From NCBI GenBank assembly GCA_025361955.1, contig JANYIU010000316.1, positions 1-42,550 of the forward strand: a stretch of DNA of 42,550 nt, written 5' to 3'. The notes beneath the pieces are model-generated. The model ran no database searches. It was not told the origin of the DNA and saw only the letters and a program-made list of their open reading frames with translations. Both the position numbers and the translations under genes were made by a program. Numbering within the stretch: position 1 is the stretch's first letter; every line of letters starts with the position of its first letter. This document shows, one piece after another, positions 16,446-24,833 of this stretch. Source of the DNA: Holophagaceae bacterium. Its GTDB lineage: Bacteria; Acidobacteriota; Holophagae; Holophagales; Holophagaceae.

Positions 16446-17416
16446 TGCGCACCTCCTTGGATGAAAGCGACGATGGCCTCGAGGGCTGTCGCGACGGCCT
16501 CCGGCGCTAGTTCATACTCGGTCCGGCCGCCCTCTCCAGCGCGCATCTCCACAAAACCCGCATCCTTGAAAAGCTTGAAATGACGCGAGGCGGTGGAGGG
16601 ATTCACGCCCAGGAACTCAGCCATCTCCAGGTTGGTGGCGGGTTGCTCCGCGAGGTGACGGAGCATGCGTAGCCGGGTTCGATCCCCCACGGCCAACGCC
16701 GAGAGGAGCAGGCCGTCGGGAGGATCGTCCACGGGGGCGGGTGAGGCGGTGGAGACAAAGAAGAGCAGCGTCGACCCGCTCTTCCAGAAACTCATTCGCC
16801 GAGTGACCACCAGGGAAGGCATCACGATGATGCGCGTCACTTCCTCCTCCCGGACCCGCAGCTCGGGTTTGATCCGGAAGATGAACTCCCCGGGTTTCTC
16901 CCGATACAGTCGGTCCGAGAGCCCCAGAAGGTACTCCCAGACCCCCGAAGTCTGGATCCCCCGGCTGATGGCGGTGGTCGCATCCAATAGTTGGCGGGCC
17001 CGGCGCGCAGCTTCCGGGGCGATCCCGGTCCGAAGCATGCGCGCCAGCAGCAGCCGAGCCGTCTCGAGGACCGCTTCCGGGATCCGCGGACCTCCATCCG
17101 GACCAGACAAGGACTCATGCTCGATCCGCAGCAAGCCCTCCTCCGTCCCGAGCAGTCCTGCGGCCTGAGGATCCAAGAGGGCTTCGATCACCCAGAGCCA
17201 CCCCCGGGTGGCCTCACCTACCTCCTCGACCTGGATCCTCTCGCTGGCCGTGAAGCGTCCGGTGATGGCTTCCATCACTGGGTTGTAGGGCTGGAAACGG
17301 ACGCAATCAAAGGCCTGGCGCAGCACCAGGGCCGCGTCGAGGACCGGGAAGTAGCCGATTCGAAGTTCCAGGGGGGGGGCTTTCAATTGCTTCAATGCGC
17401 AACTAAGCAATATCAA
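16442..17416 (-). CDS. ArsR-type winged-helix transcriptional regulator with a long N-terminal domain (DUF5937-like architecture)
   Basis: The C-terminal LAVGDRTRLRMLRHLAEQPATNLEMAEFLGVNPSTASRHFKLFKDAGFV is an ArsR/SmtB-type HTH. The start is uncertain: the ORF-track start is a TTG and there is no nearby ATG. Confidence 0.65.
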   Translation of the reverse strand: MILLSCALKQLKAPPLELRIGYFPVLDAALVLRQAFDCVRFQPYNPVMEAITGRFTASERIQVEEVGEATRGWLWVIEALLDPQAAGLLGTEEGLLRIEHESLSGPDGGPRIPEAVLETARLLLARMLRTGIAPEAARRARQLLDATTAISRGIQTSGVWEYLLGLSDRLYREKPGEFIFRIKPELRVREEEVTRIIVMPSLVVTRRMSFWKSGSTLLFFVSTASPAPVDDPPDGLLLSALAVGDRTRLRMLRHLAEQPATNLEMAEFLGVNPSTASRHFKLFKDAGFVEMRAGEGGRTEYELAPEAVATALEAIVAFIQGGAQ

Positions 17417-17495
17417 GTTCGAAACCTGCCGTCAAGACCTCGGGCTAGTCGCGGCGAGGAGCGATATCCTGGCTCTTTGGATGGAGAGCAGCCAC

Positions 17496-19385
17496 ATGAC
17501 CGAAGCCACTGTCGAGAAGCGCGAATTCAAGAGCGAACTGCGCCAAATCCTGAACATCATCACCCACTCGCTTTACTCGCATAAGGAAATCTTCCTGCGG
17601 GAGCTGATCAGCAATGCCAGCGATGCCATCGACAAGATCCGCTTCAACTCGCTGCAGAACGAGGTCCTCCTGGAGGGTAACCGGGACTGGAAGATCAAGC
17701 TGACCGCAGACCTGGCCGCGGGCACGTTGACCGTCTCCGATAACGGCGTGGGCATGTCCCACGACGCCATCATCGACAACCTGGGCACCATCGCCCGATC
17801 CGGCACGCGGGAGTTCCTGGACACCCTCAAACAGACGGAAACCGCCGCCCGCCCTGAGCTCATTGGGCAGTTCGGCGTGGGCTTCTACTCCGCCTTCATG
17901 GTGGCCGACAAGGTCACCGTGGTGTCCCGCGCCGCCGGAGAAGCCCAAGCTGTGCGCTGGATTTCCGATGGCCTGGGCGAGTTCACCCTGGAGACCGTGG
18001 CGAAGGAGAGCCGCGGTACGGACGTGACCCTGCACCTGAAGGAAGAGGAGCATGAGTTCCTCCAGGAATGGCGCCTAGGGGCTGTGGTGAAGCAGTTCTC
18101 GGACTTCATCGAACATCCCATCGTCATGGACGTTGAGAAGCAGGGTGAGAAGGATGAAAAGACCCTCACCGAAAAGACCCTGAACTCCCGCAAAGCCCTC
18201 TGGCTGCGCAGCAAGAGCGACGTGACGCCCGAAGAACACACCGCCTTCTATCACCAGATCTCCGGGGATTTCGAAGATCCCGCCAAGGTGATCCACTATG
18301 CCGCTGAAGGCGCCCTCGAGTTCAAAGCCCTCCTCTACATTCCCAAGCGCAAGAGCTTTGATCTGCAGTTCGGGGAAACCAAAGTGGGACCGAAGCTCTA
18401 CATCAACCGGGTGCAGATCACGGACCACTGCGAGCAGCTGCTGCCCGCCTACCTCCGCTTCGTGAAGGGCGTGGTGGATTGTTCGGATCTCCCCCTCAAC
18501 GTCTCCCGGGAAATGCTGCAGCACAACCCCATGCTGGAGAAGATCCAGAAGAGCCTGGTCAAAAACATCTTCCAGGCCCTGGAGGAAATGAAGACCTCGG
18601 ACTACGAGGCCTACGTGAGCGTGTTTCAGGAACTGGGCGGCATCCTGAAGGAGGGCCTGGGTCGTGACTTGGCCAACCGGGAAGCCATCGCCAATCTCTT
18701 GCTGTTCGAGAGCCTCAGGACCGAGAAGGGCAAGCAGCTTTCCCTGGCCCAATACGTGGCGGCCATGCCCACGGACCAGACCGACATCTACTTCATGACC
18801 GGCGAGGATCGCACGACCCTGGAGCATGCGCCATCCCTGGAGGCCTTCCGCCACCGGGGCTGGGACGTGCTGCTGTTGACTGAGCCCATCGATGAGTTTG
18901 TGTTCCCCATGCTGCCCGAGTACCAAGGGAAGCCCCTGAAGGCTGCCGACCGGAATGCCCCGGAGCTGCCTGCGGAGGATCAGAAGAAGGTGGAGGAGGC
19001 CACAGAGACCTTCAAACCTTTGCTGACGCTGCTCGCGGAAATGCTCGGGGGTTTGAAGGAAGTGCGCCTCTCGAAGCGCTTGAAGGAAAGTGCCGCCTGC
19101 CTGGTGCCCGACGAGGGCGCCATGGGGGCCCACCTGGAGCGCCTCATGCAGAAACTAGGGAAGGCCGAAGGCGGTCCCAGCCCCAGGATCCTGGAACTGA
19201 ACCCCGAACATCCCGCGGTCCAGAGTCTGCTCATGATCCACGCCGGCAATCCCGCCGATCCCCGCATCGAGACCCACGGACGACTGCTCTATGACCAGGC
19301 TGTCCTCACCGAAGGCTCACGGCTCGCCGATCCTAGCGACTTCGTGCGGCGGATCAACGAACTGCTGATCAAGGATGGCGTGTAA
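17496..19385 (+). CDS. htpG: molecular chaperone HtpG (Hsp90)
   Basis: HSLYSHKEIFLRELISNASDA plus full-length colinearity with HtpG. GGAGAG lies 6 nt upstream of ATG 17496; an alternative in-frame ATG is at 17481. Confidence 0.92.
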   Translation: MTEATVEKREFKSELRQILNIITHSLYSHKEIFLRELISNASDAIDKIRFNSLQNEVLLEGNRDWKIKLTADLAAGTLTVSDNGVGMSHDAIIDNLGTIARSGTREFLDTLKQTETAARPELIGQFGVGFYSAFMVADKVTVVSRAAGEAQAVRWISDGLGEFTLETVAKESRGTDVTLHLKEEEHEFLQEWRLGAVVKQFSDFIEHPIVMDVEKQGEKDEKTLTEKTLNSRKALWLRSKSDVTPEEHTAFYHQISGDFEDPAKVIHYAAEGALEFKALLYIPKRKSFDLQFGETKVGPKLYINRVQITDHCEQLLPAYLRFVKGVVDCSDLPLNVSREMLQHNPMLEKIQKSLVKNIFQALEEMKTSDYEAYVSVFQELGGILKEGLGRDLANREAIANLLLFESLRTEKGKQLSLAQYVAAMPTDQTDIYFMTGEDRTTLEHAPSLEAFRHRGWDVLLLTEPIDEFVFPMLPEYQGKPLKAADRNAPELPAEDQKKVEEATETFKPLLTLLAEMLGGLKEVRLSKRLKESAACLVPDEGAMGAHLERLMQKLGKAEGGPSPRILELNPEHPAVQSLLMIHAGNPADPRIETHGRLLYDQAVLTEGSRLADPSDFVRRINELLIKDGV

Positions 19386-19401
19386 TCAACCGGCCTCAAG
19401 A

Positions 19402-20562
19402 CTATGGGAAAACTCCCGTTGCTGGCTGGTTGAAACGGGGAATCTCCACGATGAATACGCTTCCCTTGGGTTGATTCTCCTCGACCCAGATGCGCCCTCC
19501 ATGGGCCTCGGTCACCACCTGGCAGAAGGTCAGGCCGAGGCCTGAGCTGGATCGGGTCTTGGCTCCTTCGTCCTCCAGACGGATGAACTTATCGAAGATC
19601 ACCTCGCGCATATGCTCAGGTATCCCTTGCCCCTGATCGCTCACCCGGAAGAAAACCCCGCCATCGGCTGAGCCCGCTTCGAGGAGTGTCTGGCTTCCCG
19701 AGGGGGAATATTTCAGCGCGTTGTCCAGTAGGTTCAAAAGGACGCGGCGCAGCAGATCCTGATCCGCGTCGATCTCCAGCTCAGGGGGACATTCCCAGGC
19801 CATTTTCTGGTTCATGCGCTGAGCTCGATACTCCACTTCATGAAGCAGGCTCGGAATCCAATCGCGCAGCAGCAGCCGCGTCCGCCGCACTTCCAGTCCC
19901 ATCTGCTCGGCACGGCCGATATCCAGAATGTTCTGGACCATCCGGCCCATGCTCTGCGCGGTCTCCCGGATCCGGAGCAACTGATGCTGCAAAGAAGGCG
20001 CGTTGTCGGAACGGTCGCTGAGCAGATCCATCCCGAGCTGGATGGTGGCCAGGGGGTTTTTCAGATCATGCACGATGAATTCGAAGAGTTGTTCCCTCTG
20101 TTTTTGGGAATCGATCAGGGCATCCCGCTCCGCCTGGATTTCGGCCTGGAGTCGCTTCAGGCGCATGAGGCTGCGGATCCGGACGATCAACTCCGTGGGA
20201 AAGACGGGCTTGCGAAGAAAATCGTCCCCCTTGGCCCGGAAGGCATCCGCATGGGTTTCCGCCCGTTCGTCCGCGGTCAGGAAGATGATCGGCAGGAGTT
20301 CGCCCCCGGGGGTGGCGCGGATTTGCCGACAGGCCTCGAGACCGTCCATGCCCGGCATGAGAATATCCAGCAGCACCAACTCCGGGCGATAGGTCGGGAG
20401 TATCACTAGGGCCTCGGCACCACTCCCTGCCGTTTCCACGAGGTAGTGGCCCCGCTCCAGCATCGCTCGCAAGCTCCTGCGCGCGATCGCGTCGTCATCG
20501 ACGACCAGAACTCGGGCGCCAAAGTCCGCGCGGCGGGTGTAAGGGGGACTAGTATCCATCAA
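19402..20562 (-). CDS. hybrid response-regulator/histidine kinase (REC-HisKA-HATPase_c, no membrane or sensor domain)
   Basis: The N-terminal receiver has VLVVDDD and LVLLDILMPGMDG. H-box FIVHDLKNPL. C-terminal N/G1/G2 boxes (LLDNALKY, DQGQGI, GLGLTF). Confidence 0.85.
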   Translation of the reverse strand: MMDTSPPYTRRADFGARVLVVDDDAIARRSLRAMLERGHYLVETAGSGAEALVILPTYRPELVLLDILMPGMDGLEACRQIRATPGGELLPIIFLTADERAETHADAFRAKGDDFLRKPVFPTELIVRIRSLMRLKRLQAEIQAERDALIDSQKQREQLFEFIVHDLKNPLATIQLGMDLLSDRSDNAPSLQHQLLRIRETAQSMGRMVQNILDIGRAEQMGLEVRRTRLLLRDWIPSLLHEVEYRAQRMNQKMAWECPPELEIDADQDLLRRVLLNLLDNALKYSPSGSQTLLEAGSADGGVFFRVSDQGQGIPEHMREVIFDKFIRLEDEGAKTRSSSGLGLTFCQVVTEAHGGRIWVEENQPKGSVFIVEIPRFNQPATGVFP

Positions 20563-20623
20563 GGCCTCTGCCTGCTCTTTCGGCTGATTTCAGAAACATC
20601 TGAAGTTCCGGGATTCGACCACC

Positions 20624-21151
20624 CTAGCCGATCTTCTTGAAAAGAATGTCATTTTCCAGGTAGACATGCCGGACTAGGCTCTCGGCCAGGGTCTGACAGG
20701 CCTTATAGAGCTCCTTCTGAATCTGCGGCGCCCCCTCAGGAGCCTTGAATCCCTGGGTCAGGTGCCAAATGCGCTTCAAAAGTCCGGCGGCGGCCGTGTG
20801 CTCGTCCTCGAGGAGTTCCAGGGGATCCATGAGCTCCGCTTCGACCTGAACCTCCCGTCCCTGTTCCTTGGCCAGGATGGCCGGGAAAAGCGTCACTTCC
20901 TCCATCTTCAGATGGCCTCGCATTTCCGTGCAGAACAGATCCACTTCATCCCGGATCTGGAGGAAAAGGGGGAAACGATGCCCCTCCAGCAAGGCTGCCT
21001 CTTCCGCGTAGCCTTCCAGTTCGGCCATCCCGAAACGCGTCTCGCGGTGGTACCGCTTCATGATGTGCACGACCAGGTCGGTGATCGAGACATCCTTCCA
21101 CGCGTCCAGTTCCTCGCGATCGCGGTTCCATTGTTCGGGGTCCTGAATCAT
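20624..21151 (-). CDS. RIC/YtfE-family di-iron (hemerythrin-like) protein lacking the N-terminal ScdA_N domain
   Basis: Colinear with the C-terminal two-thirds of E. coli YtfE as I recall it: ITDLVVHIMKRYHRE, HLKMEEVTLFPAI, LEDEHTAAAGLL, HVYLENDILF. Confidence 0.7.
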   Translation of the reverse strand: MIQDPEQWNRDREELDAWKDVSITDLVVHIMKRYHRETRFGMAELEGYAEEAALLEGHRFPLFLQIRDEVDLFCTEMRGHLKMEEVTLFPAILAKEQGREVQVEAELMDPLELLEDEHTAAAGLLKRIWHLTQGFKAPEGAPQIQKELYKACQTLAESLVRHVYLENDILFKKIG

Positions 21152-21664
21152 GCCGGCTCCCTGGTGCGCTTCAGGGATTCCAGCAAATGAGAGGCCCGGA
21201 ACCCATGTGTTCTGGCCAAACTATACAACGAGGAAGCCGAAATGGACGAACCTCGTTCCGGGGTTCAGGACCACCTGTCCCTTGAAAAAACGGTATCCGA
21301 AACTCAATTCCAACCAGCTTTACCCAACAGTGAACCTCGCATTCTCCAAATAGCGGCGCAAACCTGTAGTCGCCGCAGTGCCCCCAAAGGAGGACCGCCA
21401 GCATGCCGATAGCGAATTCTGGACGGTCCGGGAGCACCCGGGAAAACAATCCGAAACCAACCCATGCAATCCCTGTTTAAAACAAGAGAATCCTTCCATC
21501 TTGGAGGTATCCCTGGCGTTCCCTGAGTGGTTCGGAGTTTTTTTCAGTTATGGCGAGGATCGAAGTCCGCAGAGGCGTCTCCGCGAGCCTACCTGGAAGG
21601 AGCTCAGATCAGCCATGATGGAGCCGAGCAGCGCAGAATACCCTTGAATCGCCTGAAGATTCTT

Positions 21665-22294
21665 ATGCCATCCATCCGCCCTTTCCCTGCCGGAGATTGT
21701 GTGTGCGCCCTTCCGCAACCCGGAAACACTGAATCTCAGGTGCTGGCTGAACTCCGCTGTCACCCCGATCAGGCTTGCCCATTTGTTCGGAACCTCCAGG
21801 CTCGGGCCACGTTCCTGGATGCTGGGACTCTTGCGCTGGGATTCACGCTCCTGGGAGATCTGGAGCAACTGCTGCTTCCACCCCCCAGCAGCTCGGTGCG
21901 AACCGACGAACTCTGGAAACACACGTGTTTTGAAGCCTTTGTTGCCCATGCAGGCGATGAGAGCTATCACGAGGTGAACCTCTCCCCGTCCACCGCCTGG
22001 GCAACCTATTCGTTCCGTCGCTACCGCGAAGGAGGGCTTCCCGCCCCATCATTAGATCTGCGGATGGTGGTCCACCGCCAGCCAAAGCGATTGGAGGTGC
22101 ACGCCCTCCTTGGACTGGAGCGGACGGGCATCTTGAGCCCTGGGCAACACCTTAAACTTGGGCTTGCCGCCGTCATCGAGCAGAAGGATGGCCGCCTTTC
22201 CTACTGGGCCATCCGGCATCCCGAGGGGCAGCCGGATTTCCATCAGTCGGTCGCCTTCACCCTGGAACTTGCCCCCATGCCTGAGGAGGACTGA
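21665..22294 (+). CDS. DOMON-like domain protein (DOMON_murB_like type), function unknown
   Basis: DELWKHTCFEAFV...YHEVNLSPSTAWATYSFRRYREG...SYWAIRHPEGQPDFH matches the recalled conserved pattern of this family. The start was chosen at the first ATG giving a compact gene, and its stop lies 4 nt before the namZ-like ATG. Confidence 0.55.
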   Translation: MPSIRPFPAGDCVCALPQPGNTESQVLAELRCHPDQACPFVRNLQARATFLDAGTLALGFTLLGDLEQLLLPPPSSSVRTDELWKHTCFEAFVAHAGDESYHEVNLSPSTAWATYSFRRYREGGLPAPSLDLRMVVHRQPKRLEVHALLGLERTGILSPGQHLKLGLAAVIEQKDGRLSYWAIRHPEGQPDFHQSVAFTLELAPMPEED

Positions 22295-22298
22295 CGCC

Positions 22299-23504
22299 AT
22301 GAAGACCGGGCTGGACCGCCTTCTGGACGACCCTGGGCTGCGTAAGCCCTTGCAAGGGCAGCGCATCGCCCTCCTTGCCCACCCTGCCTCGGTGACCCGC
22401 AAGCTTGAGCACGCCCTCGATGCCCTCGCGGCCCTGAACGATCTCCGGATTTGCGCCGCCTTCGGGCCCCAGCATGGCTTGCGGGGCGATAAGCAGGACA
22501 ACATGGTGGAATCGCCGAATTTCGAGGACCCTCTCCACCACATCCCCGTGTTCAGCCTCTACGGCGAGGTCCGCCGTCCCACCCCCGCCATGCTGGATAC
22601 CTTCGATGTATTGCTGGTGGATCTGCAGGATCTGGGCTGCCGCATCTACACCTTCGTCACCACGCTCCGCTACGTCCTGGAAGCCGCTGCGGCCCATGGC
22701 AAGAGCGTGTGGGTCCTCGACCGGCCCAATCCAGTGGGGCGGCCTGTGGAAGGCCTGCTCCTGCGTCCAGGCTGGGAGAGCTTCGTGGGCTCTGGAGCTC
22801 TGCCTATGCGCCACGGCCTGACCCTGGGGGAGCTGGCCAGCTGGTTCGTGCGCACCCTGCGCCTGGATGTGGATTTCCAGGTGGTGACCCTGGAGGGCTG
22901 GGAACCCACGAAGGGTCCGGGCTACGGCTGGCCCTTGGGCGAGCGCGTCTGGGTGAATCCCAGCCCCAATGCGCCCAATCCATGGATGGCCCGCTGCTAT
23001 CCCGGCACCGTACTGCTGGAGGGCACGACCCTCAGCGAAGGCCGCGGCACGACGCGCTCCCTGGAACTCTTCGGCGCCCCGGATTTGGAGCCCCGGGCGC
23101 TGCTCGCACGAATGCAATCCCTTGCCCCAGAATGGATGCAGGGTTGTCGTTTGCGACCTTGCTGGTTCGAGCCGACCTTCCACAAACACGCCGGGAAGCT
23201 CTGTGCCGGTATGCAGATCCATGTGGAGGCTGGGGCCTATCAACACGACGCATTCCAACCTTGGCGGCTTATGGCCTTGGCTCTCAAGGCCATCCGCGCG
23301 CTGCGTCCGGACTATCCGTTGTGGCGGGATTTCCCGTACGAGTATGAAAGCAATCGCCTGGCCATCGATCTGATCAATGGGAGCGAATTGCTGCGAGCGT
23401 GGGTCGACGACCCCTCGGCCACCCCAGGGGACCTGGAGAACCTGGCGCGGCTCGACGAGCATTCCTGGTTGGCTGAGCGGGAAGCTCTGCTGGCCTATGG
23501 CTAG
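22299..23504 (+). CDS. DUF1343 family protein (exo-beta-N-acetylmuramidase NamZ-like)
   Basis: MKTGLDRLL...LQGQRIALLAHPASV..., FGPQHG.RGD, DLQD.G.R.YTF motifs and about 400 aa, all typical of DUF1343. Confidence 0.75.
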   Translation: MKTGLDRLLDDPGLRKPLQGQRIALLAHPASVTRKLEHALDALAALNDLRICAAFGPQHGLRGDKQDNMVESPNFEDPLHHIPVFSLYGEVRRPTPAMLDTFDVLLVDLQDLGCRIYTFVTTLRYVLEAAAAHGKSVWVLDRPNPVGRPVEGLLLRPGWESFVGSGALPMRHGLTLGELASWFVRTLRLDVDFQVVTLEGWEPTKGPGYGWPLGERVWVNPSPNAPNPWMARCYPGTVLLEGTTLSEGRGTTRSLELFGAPDLEPRALLARMQSLAPEWMQGCRLRPCWFEPTFHKHAGKLCAGMQIHVEAGAYQHDAFQPWRLMALALKAIRALRPDYPLWRDFPYEYESNRLAIDLINGSELLRAWVDDPSATPGDLENLARLDEHSWLAEREALLAYG

Positions 23505-23514
23505 GGCCTCGAGC

Positions 23515-23994
23515 TTAGGCGAGCCCTGGTTTGCCGGCCAGGCGGCGCAGCATTCCCAGCTGCCCCAGGTGGTAGGCCTCGTGCCAGGCCAGGAAACGAA
23601 TTGCACCGCCGATGCTGTCCGACCCATCCGGCAAGGTCCTTCCTAGTGGCTTGGCGAGTTGTTCCGGTGCCAGCTTCTCCCAGTGCGCAGCCATCCGTCG
23701 GTGCGCGTCATGGAAGGCCTGCACCACGCTGCGCAGATCGAGGTGTTCTGGCACATCGGCGGCCGAAGTACCGCGCCCGAAGACCGCCATCCATGCGACC
23801 GGAATGGGCTCCATCCCCATCAGTTCCACCAGCCTGAGCCGGGAAGCGGCCAGGTGCCCCATGATCCAGCGGGGCGTGTGACCGGCCGCATCGCGCACCT
23901 GCCAGTCCGCTTCCGTGAAATCTCCCACGACCTGACCGAGGATCTTGTCAGCCATGGCGTAGAGTTGGGCGATAGGCGTGATTTCGGCGATCAT
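23515..23994 (-). CDS. DinB-family protein
   Basis: About 159-aa four-helix-type protein ending ...IGGAIRFLAWHEAYHLGQLGMLRR, the DinB His-triad region. GAGGAG lies 5 nt upstream of ATG 23994. The longer ORF-track N-terminus looks non-coding. Confidence 0.65.
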   Translation of the reverse strand: MIAEITPIAQLYAMADKILGQVVGDFTEADWQVRDAAGHTPRWIMGHLAASRLRLVELMGMEPIPVAWMAVFGRGTSAADVPEHLDLRSVVQAFHDAHRRMAAHWEKLAPEQLAKPLGRTLPDGSDSIGGAIRFLAWHEAYHLGQLGMLRRLAGKPGLA

Positions 23995-24285
23995 GGCGGC
24001 TCCTCGCGTGGACGGAGAACCATACCATAAGGGGCGCCACCCGCAGCGCGGACCCTGGTTGCGGGTCCACGCAAAATAATCTATGCAGTACTGGATATTT
24101 TGTTTCGCCCTTGGGACGGTCCACCCCCGGCATGAACCAGTTGTTTCGCCACAACGGCCTAGCACCTCGCCCCTTGAACGGGGCTTGCTGCGATCCCCAT
24201 CCGGCGCCATCCTGGATCCTCTTGCGTCTGGGCTCAGCCGCCGGAAGCCTGCTGAACCCTTGTCCACTTTATCCAGAGCATAGCC

Positions 24286-24813
24286 ATGCCCATCAAGTCA
24301 CGAATCCGTACGATCGCCAACTATCCGAAACCCGGCGTGATGTTCCGGGATATCACGACTCTGCTGAAGGACCCCATAGGTTTCCGCAAGACCATTGATG
24401 CGTTCATTGAGCGCTACCAGGGACAGAAAATCGACAACGTCGTGGGGATCGAGGCCCGCGGCTTCATCTTTGGCTCCGTCCTGGCCTACCTGCTAGGAGT
24501 CGGCTTCGTCCCGGTCCGCAAGAAGGGCAAACTCCCGGCAGAAACCGTAGGTCATGACTATGAATTGGAATATGGAACGGATCGAGTCGAGATCCATCTG
24601 GACGCCATCTCGAAGGGGGACCGAATCCTGCTCGTGGACGATCTGATCGCCACTGGCGGCACGGCCCAGGCCGCATGCACGCTCATCGAGAGCATGGGGG
24701 GCCAGATCGTGGAGTGTTGTTTCGTCATCGATCTTCCCGATCTGGGCGGTCGCAAGCGTCTCGAGGAGCGCGGGCACAAAGTATTCGCCCTGTGTGAATT
24801 CGAGGGGGATTGA
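24286..24813 (+). CDS. apt: adenine phosphoribosyltransferase
   Basis: [21 protein letters not shown] plus PRPP-binding loop [14 protein letters not shown]. Confidence 0.92.
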   Translation: MPIKSRIRTIANYPKPGVMFRDITTLLKDPIGFRKTIDAFIERYQGQKIDNVVGIEARGFIFGSVLAYLLGVGFVPVRKKGKLPAETVGHDYELEYGTDRVEIHLDAISKGDRILLVDDLIATGGTAQAACTLIESMGGQIVECCFVIDLPDLGGRKRLEERGHKVFALCEFEGD

Positions 24814-24833
24814 AACCGACTGGACCCACGCCC

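Noticed and set aside
16664-16690. A tRNA-like T-arm string, GGGTTCGATCCCCC.
   Set aside because: The flanks cannot form a T-stem or acceptor stem (GCCGG versus CCCCC), and the string lies inside the ArsR-like CDS.
21378-21647. An 89-aa ORF, and the opposite-strand 92-aa ORF at 21171-21449, in the long RIC/DOMON spacer.
   Set aside because: They have no SD, no recognisable motif and atypical composition for this genome, so they are more likely non-coding.
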